A DNA stretch of 64,000 nucleotides from Longimicrobiales bacterium. Lineage in GTDB: Bacteria; Gemmatimonadota; Gemmatimonadetes; Longimicrobiales; Gaopeijiaceae. Shown here in pieces: positions 46,975 to 54,422 of the stretch. The position numbers were made by a program, and so were the translations under genes. Where the stretch lies: NCBI GenBank assembly GCA_965203235.1, contig CBDBCH010000002.1, forward strand, positions 94 to 64,093, read 5' to 3'. How positions within the stretch are numbered: position 1 is the first letter of the stretch; each line of letters opens with the position of its first letter. The notes under the pieces were generated by a model that did not search any database, had not been told where the DNA came from, and saw only the letters and a program-made list of their open reading frames with translations.

Positions 46975-47205
46975 AGCAGCTTCCTCTGCGTCGGGACGAG
47001 CGTCATGGGATGCCCCTACGCGGGTCTTTGCGGGAGAAAGCAGGAAAAAACCGCTCGCCGCGCAGGGGGTCTGTGTAGCCCTCGGCCGGGTCGTCGCGGA
47101 CCAGAACGACCAGCACGGAGTGCGGTGCCCATAAAGGAGTGTTCCGAATTTGGGAAAACAGAACAGTGGGCTACGGGTCGCTCGCCGACCGAGGGCAAGA
47201 TCATC

Positions 47206-47772
47206 CTAGCACTTCTCCGAAGTGCCTTCAAGCTGAAACCGCCTTCGCGACTCGTTTTTCTTCCGCTGGTATTCCAGGAAACAGCCCCGGCACTTCTTGC
47301 GGCGCGCCCGGCGGGGTGCTTCCCACCAGTCTTTCAGAATCCGATCTCCGCAATCCCCGCACAGGTGTCGGGTGTGCGGAACCCACGCTTCCCCGCGCCT
47401 CTTCGCCCGCGCCTTCCCGAGTTGGCAGTCCCGGCACCGGAGCGAACCGCGCCTGGGGTCGTATATCCAGTCGTCGGCAACTTGAATCTCGCAGTCTCTA
47501 CACTGGAACGGTCGCAGTCTTGGGTTTTTCCGATTCCGTTCCATTTGTCTTTCCCGCTTGGCCTCTCGGTTCATCGTTCGGAATTTCATATCTTCTTCGC
47601 TCTGATCATCTTCGCTTTCGTGGATATCAAGTCGAGGCAGGACATCATCTATGTGCTTGCGCAGCAACGCCTCCCGCATTCGCCGGTCTGCATCTTCTTT
47701 GACCCGCTTCAGCCATTCATCGACCGGGTTCCTTTCCGGCGGTTCCTGAATGGGATTGTAGATTTCGTTCAC
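47206..47772 (-). CDS. Cys-rich multi-zinc-ribbon protein (188 aa)
   Basis: CRDC...CRDC, CGDC...CRGC pairs. Acidic and basic N-terminal half. GTG start at 47772. Confidence 0.55.
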   Translation of the reverse strand: MNEIYNPIQEPPERNPVDEWLKRVKEDADRRMREALLRKHIDDVLPRLDIHESEDDQSEEDMKFRTMNREAKRERQMERNRKNPRLRPFQCRDCEIQVADDWIYDPRRGSLRCRDCQLGKARAKRRGEAWVPHTRHLCGDCGDRILKDWWEAPRRARRKKCRGCFLEYQRKKNESRRRFQLEGTSEKC

Positions 47773-47789
47773 CGTGATATGCTATCCCC

Positions 47790-48125
47790 ATGAGAAAGCG
47801 CAGCGCAGCCGAAGAACGTCTGGCGATTCTGATTGACCGTGCGGGAATTCCGAAGCCGGAGCGGGAACTGGTTTTCGCCCGGCCTCGCCGGTGGCGGTTC
47901 GACTTCGCCTGGCCTGACCTGCTGCTCGCGGTCGAAGTCGAGGGGATTTCTCCGGGGTTCGGTTCGAGACATCAGCGGATCGGCGGGTTCTTGAAGGATT
48001 GCGAAAAGTATGAAGCCGCCGTCTTGGGCGGTTGGATGGTGTACCGAGTGCCGACCACCTGGATCGAGCGGGAACCGAACAGGGTCATTCGGAACATCAA
48101 ATCGCTGGTGGAGATGGCGAGTTAG
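47790..48125 (+). CDS. PD-(D/E)XK nuclease (DUF559/Vsr-like) (111 aa)
   Basis: ...RWRFDFAWPDLLLAVEVEG....H......KD.EKYEAAVLGGWMVYRV fits the DUF559 pattern (D-F...E-V-D/E-G...H...D..K/R...GW.V.R). Opposite strand to all neighbours. Confidence 0.6.
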   Translation: MRKRSAAEERLAILIDRAGIPKPERELVFARPRRWRFDFAWPDLLLAVEVEGISPGFGSRHQRIGGFLKDCEKYEAAVLGGWMVYRVPTTWIEREPNRVIRNIKSLVEMAS

Positions 48126-48128
48126 GGC

Positions 48129-48452
48129 TCATCCCTTTTTCTGCTTGCTGCGCCTTGCATTTTTCGCTTCTCGCCGGGCGCAGTATTCGTCCATAGCGGC
48201 GAGAACTGCTTTCCTCTCATCTACGGTGCATTGCTCTATGGGGAGCGTGTAGATTGCGGTACGGACTATCACCGAGACTTGATGCTGTATCCCGGTTGTT
48301 TCATTTGCGACTACCACGCATTCGCCTGCCTTTGCGAAACTGCTGTGTCCCAACACCGCGCCGCAAGCGCAGCTATCAACTTCTTCGACTTTCTTGTCAT
48401 GGGGATGCACTGAAACGTAGCGGTAGACGACCTTCCTCTTGATGGTTCTCAC
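48129..48452 (-). CDS. Hypothetical protein (107 aa)
   Basis: VRTIKRKVVYRYVSVHPHDKKVEEVDSCACG... The GTG overlaps the upstream stop (GTGA). ORF-track 48129..48677 is trimmed. Confidence 0.5.
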   Translation of the reverse strand: MRTIKRKVVYRYVSVHPHDKKVEEVDSCACGAVLGHSSFAKAGECVVVANETTGIQHQVSVIVRTAIYTLPIEQCTVDERKAVLAAMDEYCARREAKNARRSKQKKG

Positions 48453-48754
48453 TTGTCTTTCTCCATAATCTCGTGCCCGACCATCTCCTCGATGCGCGGG
48501 TCGCGGTGGGGATACAGACCGTGGAACTTGGCCGTCCAGTGCTTCCGGTCGCGGGGCCGCTCGCAATTCCCGATGATCGGATAGAGCGCCTCGGAGTCCT
48601 CCCGCCATTCCGGGGACTCCAGCAGCGTCTTGTAGGGGTCGCCGCCGAAGCGCCCGAGATGGTAGATCATCGCCCACATGTGGGGGTGGCGCCGCCAGAT
48701 GACGCGCCAGTGGGCGACGTTCACGGGCCGCAAATCCGCGAGGAACTGGTTCAC
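48449..48754 (-). CDS. Hypothetical Trp-rich protein (101 aa), paralog of 49011..49355
   Basis: WRVIWRRHPHMWAMIYHLGRFGGDPYKTLLESPEWREDSEALYPI can be aligned with QRLWRKQPRYWYVIHAMAKTPAGHFREIAESDEWKRDAKHVFYA. Confidence 0.55.
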   Translation of the reverse strand: MNQFLADLRPVNVAHWRVIWRRHPHMWAMIYHLGRFGGDPYKTLLESPEWREDSEALYPIIGNCERPRDRKHWTAKFHGLYPHRDPRIEEMVGHEIMEKDK

Positions 48755-49011
48755 CGCGTCTCCCTGTGCTCGGAGATCGCCCGCCGCATCTCGTCGACGA
48801 GACGCTCCACGCTCCTGTGCACGCTCGTCACGACCTCGGCATCAACAGCCCATCGCGCCAGTACGTCCCGGACCCGCCGCAAGTCGCGCTCGAGTTGTGT
48901 CGCAGCGTCAAGTCGGAGACCGACGGCCGGTTGCTCGTCCTCGTAGCCTTCGGGAGGCGAGTGCAGATCAGGCTGGTTCTGCGGGAGATTCGGGCGGTTG
49001 CGATAGCTCAT
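48751..49011 (-). CDS. Hypothetical protein (86 aa)
   Basis: MSYRNRPNLPQNQPDLHSPPEGYEDEQ... The ATG overlaps the upstream stop (TGATG, seen in the mirror at 54754..54758). Confidence 0.5.
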   Translation of the reverse strand: MSYRNRPNLPQNQPDLHSPPEGYEDEQPAVGLRLDAATQLERDLRRVRDVLARWAVDAEVVTSVHRSVERLVDEMRRAISEHRETR

Positions 49012-49355
49012 CAGAAAAGGCTCTGCTGTTTGACCGGGGCGCGGTTTCGGTCGTCTGCGGGGTTTTCCAGCATCGCCAGTAGCTTTGCGTGCGTCTCCTG
49101 CTCGCGCCGCTTCACAGCTTCCGGGTCGGGAGCCGTCAATTCGGCGAACGGCTTGGCCCAGTCGGGCACCGAGTAGTTTTCCGGGCGGGTCGCGCCCATC
49201 GCGTAGAACACATGCTTCGCATCCCGCTTCCACTCGTCGCTTTCTGCGATCTCGCGGAAGTGGCCGGCTGGTGTTTTCGCCATCGCATGGATGACGTACC
49301 AGTACCGGGGCTGCTTGCGCCAGAGCCTCTGCTGTGCCTTGATGTCAACCGGCAC
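49011..49355 (-). CDS. Hypothetical Trp-rich protein (114 aa), paralog of 48449..48754
   Basis: See 48449..48754. GTG start. Confidence 0.55.
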   Translation of the reverse strand: MPVDIKAQQRLWRKQPRYWYVIHAMAKTPAGHFREIAESDEWKRDAKHVFYAMGATRPENYSVPDWAKPFAELTAPDPEAVKRREQETHAKLLAMLENPADDRNRAPVKQQSLF

Positions 49356-49869
49356 TTTGCGCCGCCATCCGCTTCTTTCTCCAGTACCTTTCGCGCTCCA
49401 GTCTCCTCTCGCGCACTCGGTAGCAGGGTTCGCATGTGCGTCCCTGCGTGCGGTGCCGCGGCAGTCGGAGACGACCGCAAGCCGAGCACTTGACGCGCCC
49501 GTCGGGACGACGAAGATTCTCAGGTCGACGCAATTCCCGGAGCCGCACCAGGTAGCAGGGGCGGCATCTCCTCATCCGGGGCTTCGCGGGCGGGCGATCT
49601 CGGCCGCAGTCGCGGCACATGATCGGCTCCAGCGACGTGTTGCAGATAGGGCAAATTCCGCCGTGAAGGTCGGCGTCAAACACCTTGTCGCATCGCGCGC
49701 AGCACTGGGAAGGGACATTGATCGGGCGCCTCCTCTTGGGCCCCGGCGGCATCTTCTCGTCGAGCGGGCATGGATCCTCCAGGAGCGCCTTCTCGAACTC
49801 GAGGCGCATGCGCTCCACTCGATCCGCCCGAAGGGATGGCGAGTGTCTGCTATTCGGCATACCTGACAC
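49345..49869 (-). CDS. Cys-rich multi-zinc-ribbon protein (about 171-174 aa)
   Basis: CARC...CPIC, CRDC...CRPC, CSAC...CEPC pairs. The start is either GTG at 49869 or ATG at 49860. Confidence 0.55.
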   Translation of the reverse strand: MSGMPNSRHSPSLRADRVERMRLEFEKALLEDPCPLDEKMPPGPKRRRPINVPSQCCARCDKVFDADLHGGICPICNTSLEPIMCRDCGRDRPPAKPRMRRCRPCYLVRLRELRRPENLRRPDGRVKCSACGRLRLPRHRTQGRTCEPCYRVRERRLERERYWRKKRMAAQSAG

Positions 49870-49875
49870 GCCGAG

Positions 49876-50427
49876 TCATTGCTTGGCGTTCCTCTTCCAC
49901 CACTTCTTGAGGCACGGGTCGCAGCGCATCCGCATCCCCTGCCTGCCGCTCGTCATAGCCGTCCCGCACTCCACGCAAAGACCCGACTGGCGACGCTCGC
50001 GCTTGACGCCCATTTTCCGGGCGCGACTCCGGTGCCGCTCTGCGAGAGCGCGGTTCGCCTGGGCGCGCTTGCCAGTGGTCGATCTGATGCTGGACGGCCC
50101 CACCTTTTCGATAAGCGCCCCCTCGCCGCGCCCCTTCGACTGACGCCTTCCGCCGCCGGGCGGCCGGCTCGACCTGCTCATGGCGTTCCGGTAGGCGTCG
50201 TATTTCCGGCTCCTGCCCTGGGCGCGACCTGTGGTCATCCTGATGCTGGAGGGGCCGACCCGCGTGGCCAGCGCGCCTTCTCCGCGCCCCTTTCCTCCCC
50301 GCTTCCGGACGCGACGGCTGACCTCCTTCTCCTGACACCGGTCGCACTTGGTGAAGTGCGAAGGCTCCCAGCACTGCGTGCACAAGCCGTTGTCCACACA
50401 GTGCCAGTACTCCCAGTATCGAGGCAT
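49876..50427 (-). CDS. Zinc-ribbon protein with an internal ~40-aa tandem repeat (183 aa)
   Basis: N-terminal CTQC...CDRC and C-terminal CVEC...CDPC flank two copies of KGRGEGAL(A/I)x(R/K)VGPSSIR(M/S)TTG(R/K). Confidence 0.55.
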   Translation of the reverse strand: MPRYWEYWHCVDNGLCTQCWEPSHFTKCDRCQEKEVSRRVRKRGGKGRGEGALATRVGPSSIRMTTGRAQGRSRKYDAYRNAMSRSSRPPGGGRRQSKGRGEGALIEKVGPSSIRSTTGKRAQANRALAERHRSRARKMGVKRERRQSGLCVECGTAMTSGRQGMRMRCDPCLKKWWKRNAKQ

Positions 50428-50525
50428 CAGGACTTCCAGCGAATCGTAATCCGGCGGTCAAGCCACCGACGAAAGCGACCGCGCAGGATGCGCAGGCGGG
50501 AGTTCCGGGGGGCATAGTGAATCAT
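50427..50525 (-). CDS. Possible very small basic protein (32 aa)
   Basis: MIHYAPRNSRLRILRGRFRRWLDRRITIRWKS. It exactly fills the gap between two genes, with ATGA and TGATG coupling at both ends (mirror 53242..53340). Confidence 0.35.
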   Translation of the reverse strand: MIHYAPRNSRLRILRGRFRRWLDRRITIRWKS

Positions 50526-50713
50526 TTGTTTTCTCCTACGATGTACCATCCCAATTCGTCGATGGCATCCTCGATGCGATACCTAGCATTACGGAGCGAG
50601 AGTCTATCTTCGACGTCGAGTTTCGCCAGTTCCTCGGCATCGAACTGGTCCAGTTCCTCTAGGGCGGCGATGAGCCGCTCCTGGACCTCTTCCGCTCGCT
50701 CCAGCGTGGTCAT
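50522..50713 (-). CDS. Small acidic coiled-coil protein (63 aa)
   Basis: MTTLERAEEVQERLIAALEELDQFDAEELAKLD... The ATG is preceded by GGAG at 7 nt (mirror 53054). The ORF-track GTG start would add 10 codons. Confidence 0.5.
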   Translation of the reverse strand: MTTLERAEEVQERLIAALEELDQFDAEELAKLDVEDRLSLRNARYRIEDAIDELGWYIVGENK

Positions 50714-50730
50714 GTTCTGCTCCGATCCGA

Positions 50731-51027
50731 TCAGGAGAACCACCCGCGAACCTGCCGATGAGCCTCAGCCTTGCCACCGGCAATGTCCCGGTGGAACAGA
50801 ATGTCTCCCGATTCCTGCATGTAGCAGAACCGGTAGCACCCCCGGAAGGGGAACAGGATTCCGACCTGGTCAACCCGGGTTCTCCCGATGAGCTTGACCC
50901 TCTCCTTGCCCGAACCATCACTGGGTTCGAACTCGATGAGGACGCCCCCGAACTCGAGTTCCAGGACTTCGCCAATGCTCATGGGCCGGTCGGGGAGGCC
51001 GGCGTGGTTTTCGATTTGCTTTCTCAT
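50731..51027 (-). CDS. Telomere-proximal hypothetical protein of the right end (98 aa)
   Basis: MRKQIENHAGLPDRPMSIGEV... It has the same promoter, RBS and first 3 codons as 17308..17721 and is unrelated afterwards. Confidence 0.6.
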   Translation of the reverse strand: MRKQIENHAGLPDRPMSIGEVLELEFGGVLIEFEPSDGSGKERVKLIGRTRVDQVGILFPFRGCYRFCYMQESGDILFHRDIAGGKAEAHRQVRGWFS

Positions 51028-51034
51028 GTGACTG

Positions 51035-51141
51035 CCCTCCTTTGTGGCAGACGGGAATCCTAGCGTGCCCGAATTCGCCCTGTCAAGTGCCAATTCGCCC
51101 AAATCGGCACTTTTTTCGCCCAAATCGCATTTTTTTTCGCC
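51035..51141 (-). promoter_or_regulatory. ITR promoter/operator/RBS module (right end)
   Basis: Same sequence as 15506..15612. atccta at 51057..51062 and cat (start codon) at 51025..51027. Confidence 0.55.
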
Positions 51142-51521
51142 TCCTGCGGCCGGAAAACGAAAAAACGCACGAAAGGGGTTCAGACGCCACCGGAACGACC
51201 GAGGGGATAGCTGGCTAGCCGTAGCGCGCCAGGATGCCCACAGCGCGCCACAGAATCGCATTCAGGGGAACATCTGACCGGCAGACGCCCCCGGATTCGG
51301 ACCGCCGGGGCGGAAAAGACCGGCCGACCGCTCCGAAAAATCGCCTCCCCATCTCCGAGTCGCCTCCCCCCCGACTCCCCCCTGAGGGGGAGGAGGAGTC
51401 GGGGTGGAGGCGTCTCTCCAAAACACCCTCGAAAACGGCGCAAATCGGGGGAGCGAGGGCGGGACGCCAGGGACGCGGGTTCGACCGGGGGGTTCGAGGG
51501 CGGAAATCGGGGTTCTGAAAC

Positions 51522-51817
51522 CTGTCATTCGCGCTTCATTCTCGCTTCATTCTCGCTTCATCAAGGCGATGAAAGCTAACATCCCTGGGGGGGGAGTTCG
51601 GGAAATGAACCGGGGGGCTTCCACCGCTGGCGGGGATGATTCGCGGATGAAGCGCGGATGATAGAGACATCAGCGAGACATCAAGGCTAACATCAAGGGC
51701 GGATGAAGCGCGGATGATAGAGACATCCGGCGTGTCATACGGCGATGAAAAGCTAACATCAAGCTGTCATCAAGCCCACGAGCGCTATGCATAAGGCGTG
51801 TCATGTATCATTTTCGC
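51522..51817. repeat. Subtelomeric iteron-like repeat array (ITR copy C)
   Basis: Same sequence as 15993..16288 (offset +35529). Mirror copies lie at 16518..16813 and 51950..52245. Confidence 0.85.
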
Positions 51818-51949
51818 TAGCGGGAGTATGCACCTATCATCCTTAGCCGGGGACCGCTAGAAGCTCTTGGGGACGATGATAGCCCGCAAGCCCCGCTAGC
51901 CCCAGCATGTTTCGCGCCGGAGAACGATGATAGGTGCAAACTCCCGCTT
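51818..51949. other. Junction-2 core: 132 bp, asymmetric, a shortened and inverted version of the junction-1 core
   Basis: 51818..51842 is the reverse complement of 16493..16517. 51843..51846 is ttag. 51847..51949 is the reverse complement of 16289..16391. Only the outer ~25 nt on each side can pair (22/25). Confidence 0.85.
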
Positions 51950-52749
51950 GCGAAAATGATACATGACACGCCTTATGCATAGCGCTCGTGGGCTTGATGA
52001 CAGCTTGATGTTAGCTTTTCATCGCCGTATGACACGCCGGATGTCTCTATCATCCGCGCTTCATCCGCCCTTGATGTTAGCCTTGATGTCTCGCTGATGT
52101 CTCTATCATCCGCGCTTCATCCGCGAATCATCCCCGCCAGCGGTGGAAGCCCCCCGGTTCATTTCCCGAACTCCCCCCCCAGGGATGTTAGCTTTCATCG
52201 CCTTGATGAAGCGAGAATGAAGCGAGAATGAAGCGCGAATGACAGGTTTCAGAACCCCGATTTCCGCCCTCGAACCCCCCGGTCGAACCCGCGTCCCTGG
52301 CGTCCCGCCCTCGCTCCCCCGATTTGCGCCGTTTTCGAGGGTGTTTTGGAGAGACGCCTCCACCCCGACTCCTCCTCCCCCTCAGGGGGGAGTCGGGGGG
52401 GAGGCGACTCGGAGATGGGGAGGCGATTTTTCGGAGCGGTCGGCCGGTCTTTTCCGCCCCGGCGGTCCGAATCCGGGGGCGTCTGCCGGTCAGATGTTCC
52501 CCTGAATGCGATTCTGTGGCGCGCTGTGGGCATCCTGGCGCGCTACGGCTAGCCAGCTATCCCCTCGGTCGTTCCGGTGGCGTCTGAACCCCTTTCGTGC
52601 GTTTTTTCGTTTTCCGGCCGCAGGAGGCGAAAAAAAATGCGATTTGGGCGAAAAAAGTGCCGATTTGGGCGAATTGGCACTTGACAGGGCGAATTCGGGC
52701 ACGCTAGGATTCCCGTCTGCCACAAAGGAGGGCAGTCACATGAGAAAGC
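51884..52749. repeat. Inverted terminal repeat, copy D (right arm of junction 2)
   Basis: Reverse complement of 51018..51883 outside the core. 51950..52749 is identical to 16518..17317. Confidence 0.9.
52626..52732 (+). promoter_or_regulatory. ITR promoter/operator/RBS module
   Basis: Identical to 17194..17300 (offset +35432). TTGACA at 52681, TAGGAT at 52705, ATG at 52740. Confidence 0.55.
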
Positions 52750-53036
52750 AAATCGAAAACCACGCCGGCCTCCCCGACCGGCCCATGAGCATTGGCGAAG
52801 TCCTGGAACTCGAGTTCGGGGGCGTCCTCATCGAGTTCGAACCCAGTGATGGTTCGGGCAAGGAGAGGGTCAAGCTCATCGGGAGAACCCGGGTTGACCA
52901 GGTCGGAATCCTGTTCCCCTTCCGGGGGTGCTACCGGTTCTGCTACATGCAGGAATCGGGAGACATTCTGTTCCACCGGGACATTGCCGGTGGCAAGGCT
53001 GAGGCTCATCGGCAGGTTCGCGGGTGGTTCTCCTGA
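52740..53036 (+). CDS. Telomere-proximal hypothetical protein of the right end (98 aa)
   Basis: Mirror of 50731..51027 (x+y=103767). Confidence 0.6.
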   Translation: MRKQIENHAGLPDRPMSIGEVLELEFGGVLIEFEPSDGSGKERVKLIGRTRVDQVGILFPFRGCYRFCYMQESGDILFHRDIAGGKAEAHRQVRGWFS

Positions 53037-53053
53037 TCGGATCGGAGCAGAAC

Positions 53054-53245
53054 ATGACCACGCTGGAGCGAGCGGAAGAGGTCCAGGAGCGGCTCATCGC
53101 CGCCCTAGAGGAACTGGACCAGTTCGATGCCGAGGAACTGGCGAAACTCGACGTCGAAGATAGACTCTCGCTCCGTAATGCTAGGTATCGCATCGAGGAT
53201 GCCATCGACGAATTGGGATGGTACATCGTAGGAGAAAACAAATGA
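53054..53245 (+). CDS. Small acidic coiled-coil protein (63 aa)
   Basis: Mirror of 50522..50713. Confidence 0.5.
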   Translation: MTTLERAEEVQERLIAALEELDQFDAEELAKLDVEDRLSLRNARYRIEDAIDELGWYIVGENK

Positions 53246-53340
53246 TTCACTATGCCCCCCGGAACTCCCGCCTGCGCATCCTGCGCGGTCGCTTTCGTCG
53301 GTGGCTTGACCGCCGGATTACGATTCGCTGGAAGTCCTGA
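53242..53340 (+). CDS. Possible very small basic protein (32 aa)
   Basis: Mirror of 50427..50525. Confidence 0.35.
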   Translation: MIHYAPRNSRLRILRGRFRRWLDRRITIRWKS

Positions 53341-53891
53341 TGCCTCGATACTGGGAGTACTGGCACTGTGTGGACAACGGCTTGTGCACGCAGTGCTGGG
53401 AGCCTTCGCACTTCACCAAGTGCGACCGGTGTCAGGAGAAGGAGGTCAGCCGTCGCGTCCGGAAGCGGGGAGGAAAGGGGCGCGGAGAAGGCGCGCTGGC
53501 CACGCGGGTCGGCCCCTCCAGCATCAGGATGACCACAGGTCGCGCCCAGGGCAGGAGCCGGAAATACGACGCCTACCGGAACGCCATGAGCAGGTCGAGC
53601 CGGCCGCCCGGCGGCGGAAGGCGTCAGTCGAAGGGGCGCGGCGAGGGGGCGCTTATCGAAAAGGTGGGGCCGTCCAGCATCAGATCGACCACTGGCAAGC
53701 GCGCCCAGGCGAACCGCGCTCTCGCAGAGCGGCACCGGAGTCGCGCCCGGAAAATGGGCGTCAAGCGCGAGCGTCGCCAGTCGGGTCTTTGCGTGGAGTG
53801 CGGGACGGCTATGACGAGCGGCAGGCAGGGGATGCGGATGCGCTGCGACCCGTGCCTCAAGAAGTGGTGGAAGAGGAACGCCAAGCAATGA
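53340..53891 (+). CDS. Zinc-ribbon protein with an internal tandem repeat (183 aa)
   Basis: Mirror of 49876..50427. Confidence 0.55.
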   Translation: MPRYWEYWHCVDNGLCTQCWEPSHFTKCDRCQEKEVSRRVRKRGGKGRGEGALATRVGPSSIRMTTGRAQGRSRKYDAYRNAMSRSSRPPGGGRRQSKGRGEGALIEKVGPSSIRSTTGKRAQANRALAERHRSRARKMGVKRERRQSGLCVECGTAMTSGRQGMRMRCDPCLKKWWKRNAKQ

Positions 53892-53897
53892 CTCGGC

Positions 53898-54422
53898 GTG
53901 TCAGGTATGCCGAATAGCAGACACTCGCCATCCCTTCGGGCGGATCGAGTGGAGCGCATGCGCCTCGAGTTCGAGAAGGCGCTCCTGGAGGATCCATGCC
54001 CGCTCGACGAGAAGATGCCGCCGGGGCCCAAGAGGAGGCGCCCGATCAATGTCCCTTCCCAGTGCTGCGCGCGATGCGACAAGGTGTTTGACGCCGACCT
54101 TCACGGCGGAATTTGCCCTATCTGCAACACGTCGCTGGAGCCGATCATGTGCCGCGACTGCGGCCGAGATCGCCCGCCCGCGAAGCCCCGGATGAGGAGA
54201 TGCCGCCCCTGCTACCTGGTGCGGCTCCGGGAATTGCGTCGACCTGAGAATCTTCGTCGTCCCGACGGGCGCGTCAAGTGCTCGGCTTGCGGTCGTCTCC
54301 GACTGCCGCGGCACCGCACGCAGGGACGCACATGCGAACCCTGCTACCGAGTGCGCGAGAGGAGACTGGAGCGCGAAAGGTACTGGAGAAAGAAGCGGAT
54401 GGCGGCGCAAAGTGCCGGTTGA
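53898..54422 (+). CDS. Cys-rich multi-zinc-ribbon protein
   Basis: Mirror of 49345..49869. Confidence 0.55.
   Translation: MSGMPNSRHSPSLRADRVERMRLEFEKALLEDPCPLDEKMPPGPKRRRPINVPSQCCARCDKVFDADLHGGICPICNTSLEPIMCRDCGRDRPPAKPRMRRCRPCYLVRLRELRRPENLRRPDGRVKCSACGRLRLPRHRTQGRTCEPCYRVRERRLERERYWRKKRMAAQSAG

Larger units (their letters stand above)
16403..51883. other. One complete genome unit (~35.5 kb) of a tailed-phage-like linear element, bounded by the two palindrome apices
   Basis: All sequence outside this interval is a reverse-complement copy of sequence inside it. The interval starts and ends with the same ~0.9-kb inverted terminal repeat. Confidence 0.8.
51018..51883. repeat. Inverted terminal repeat, copy C (right end of the complete genome unit)
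   Basis: Identical to 15489..16288 over its outer part (offset +35529). The inner core is shortened (see 51818..51949). Confidence 0.9.
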
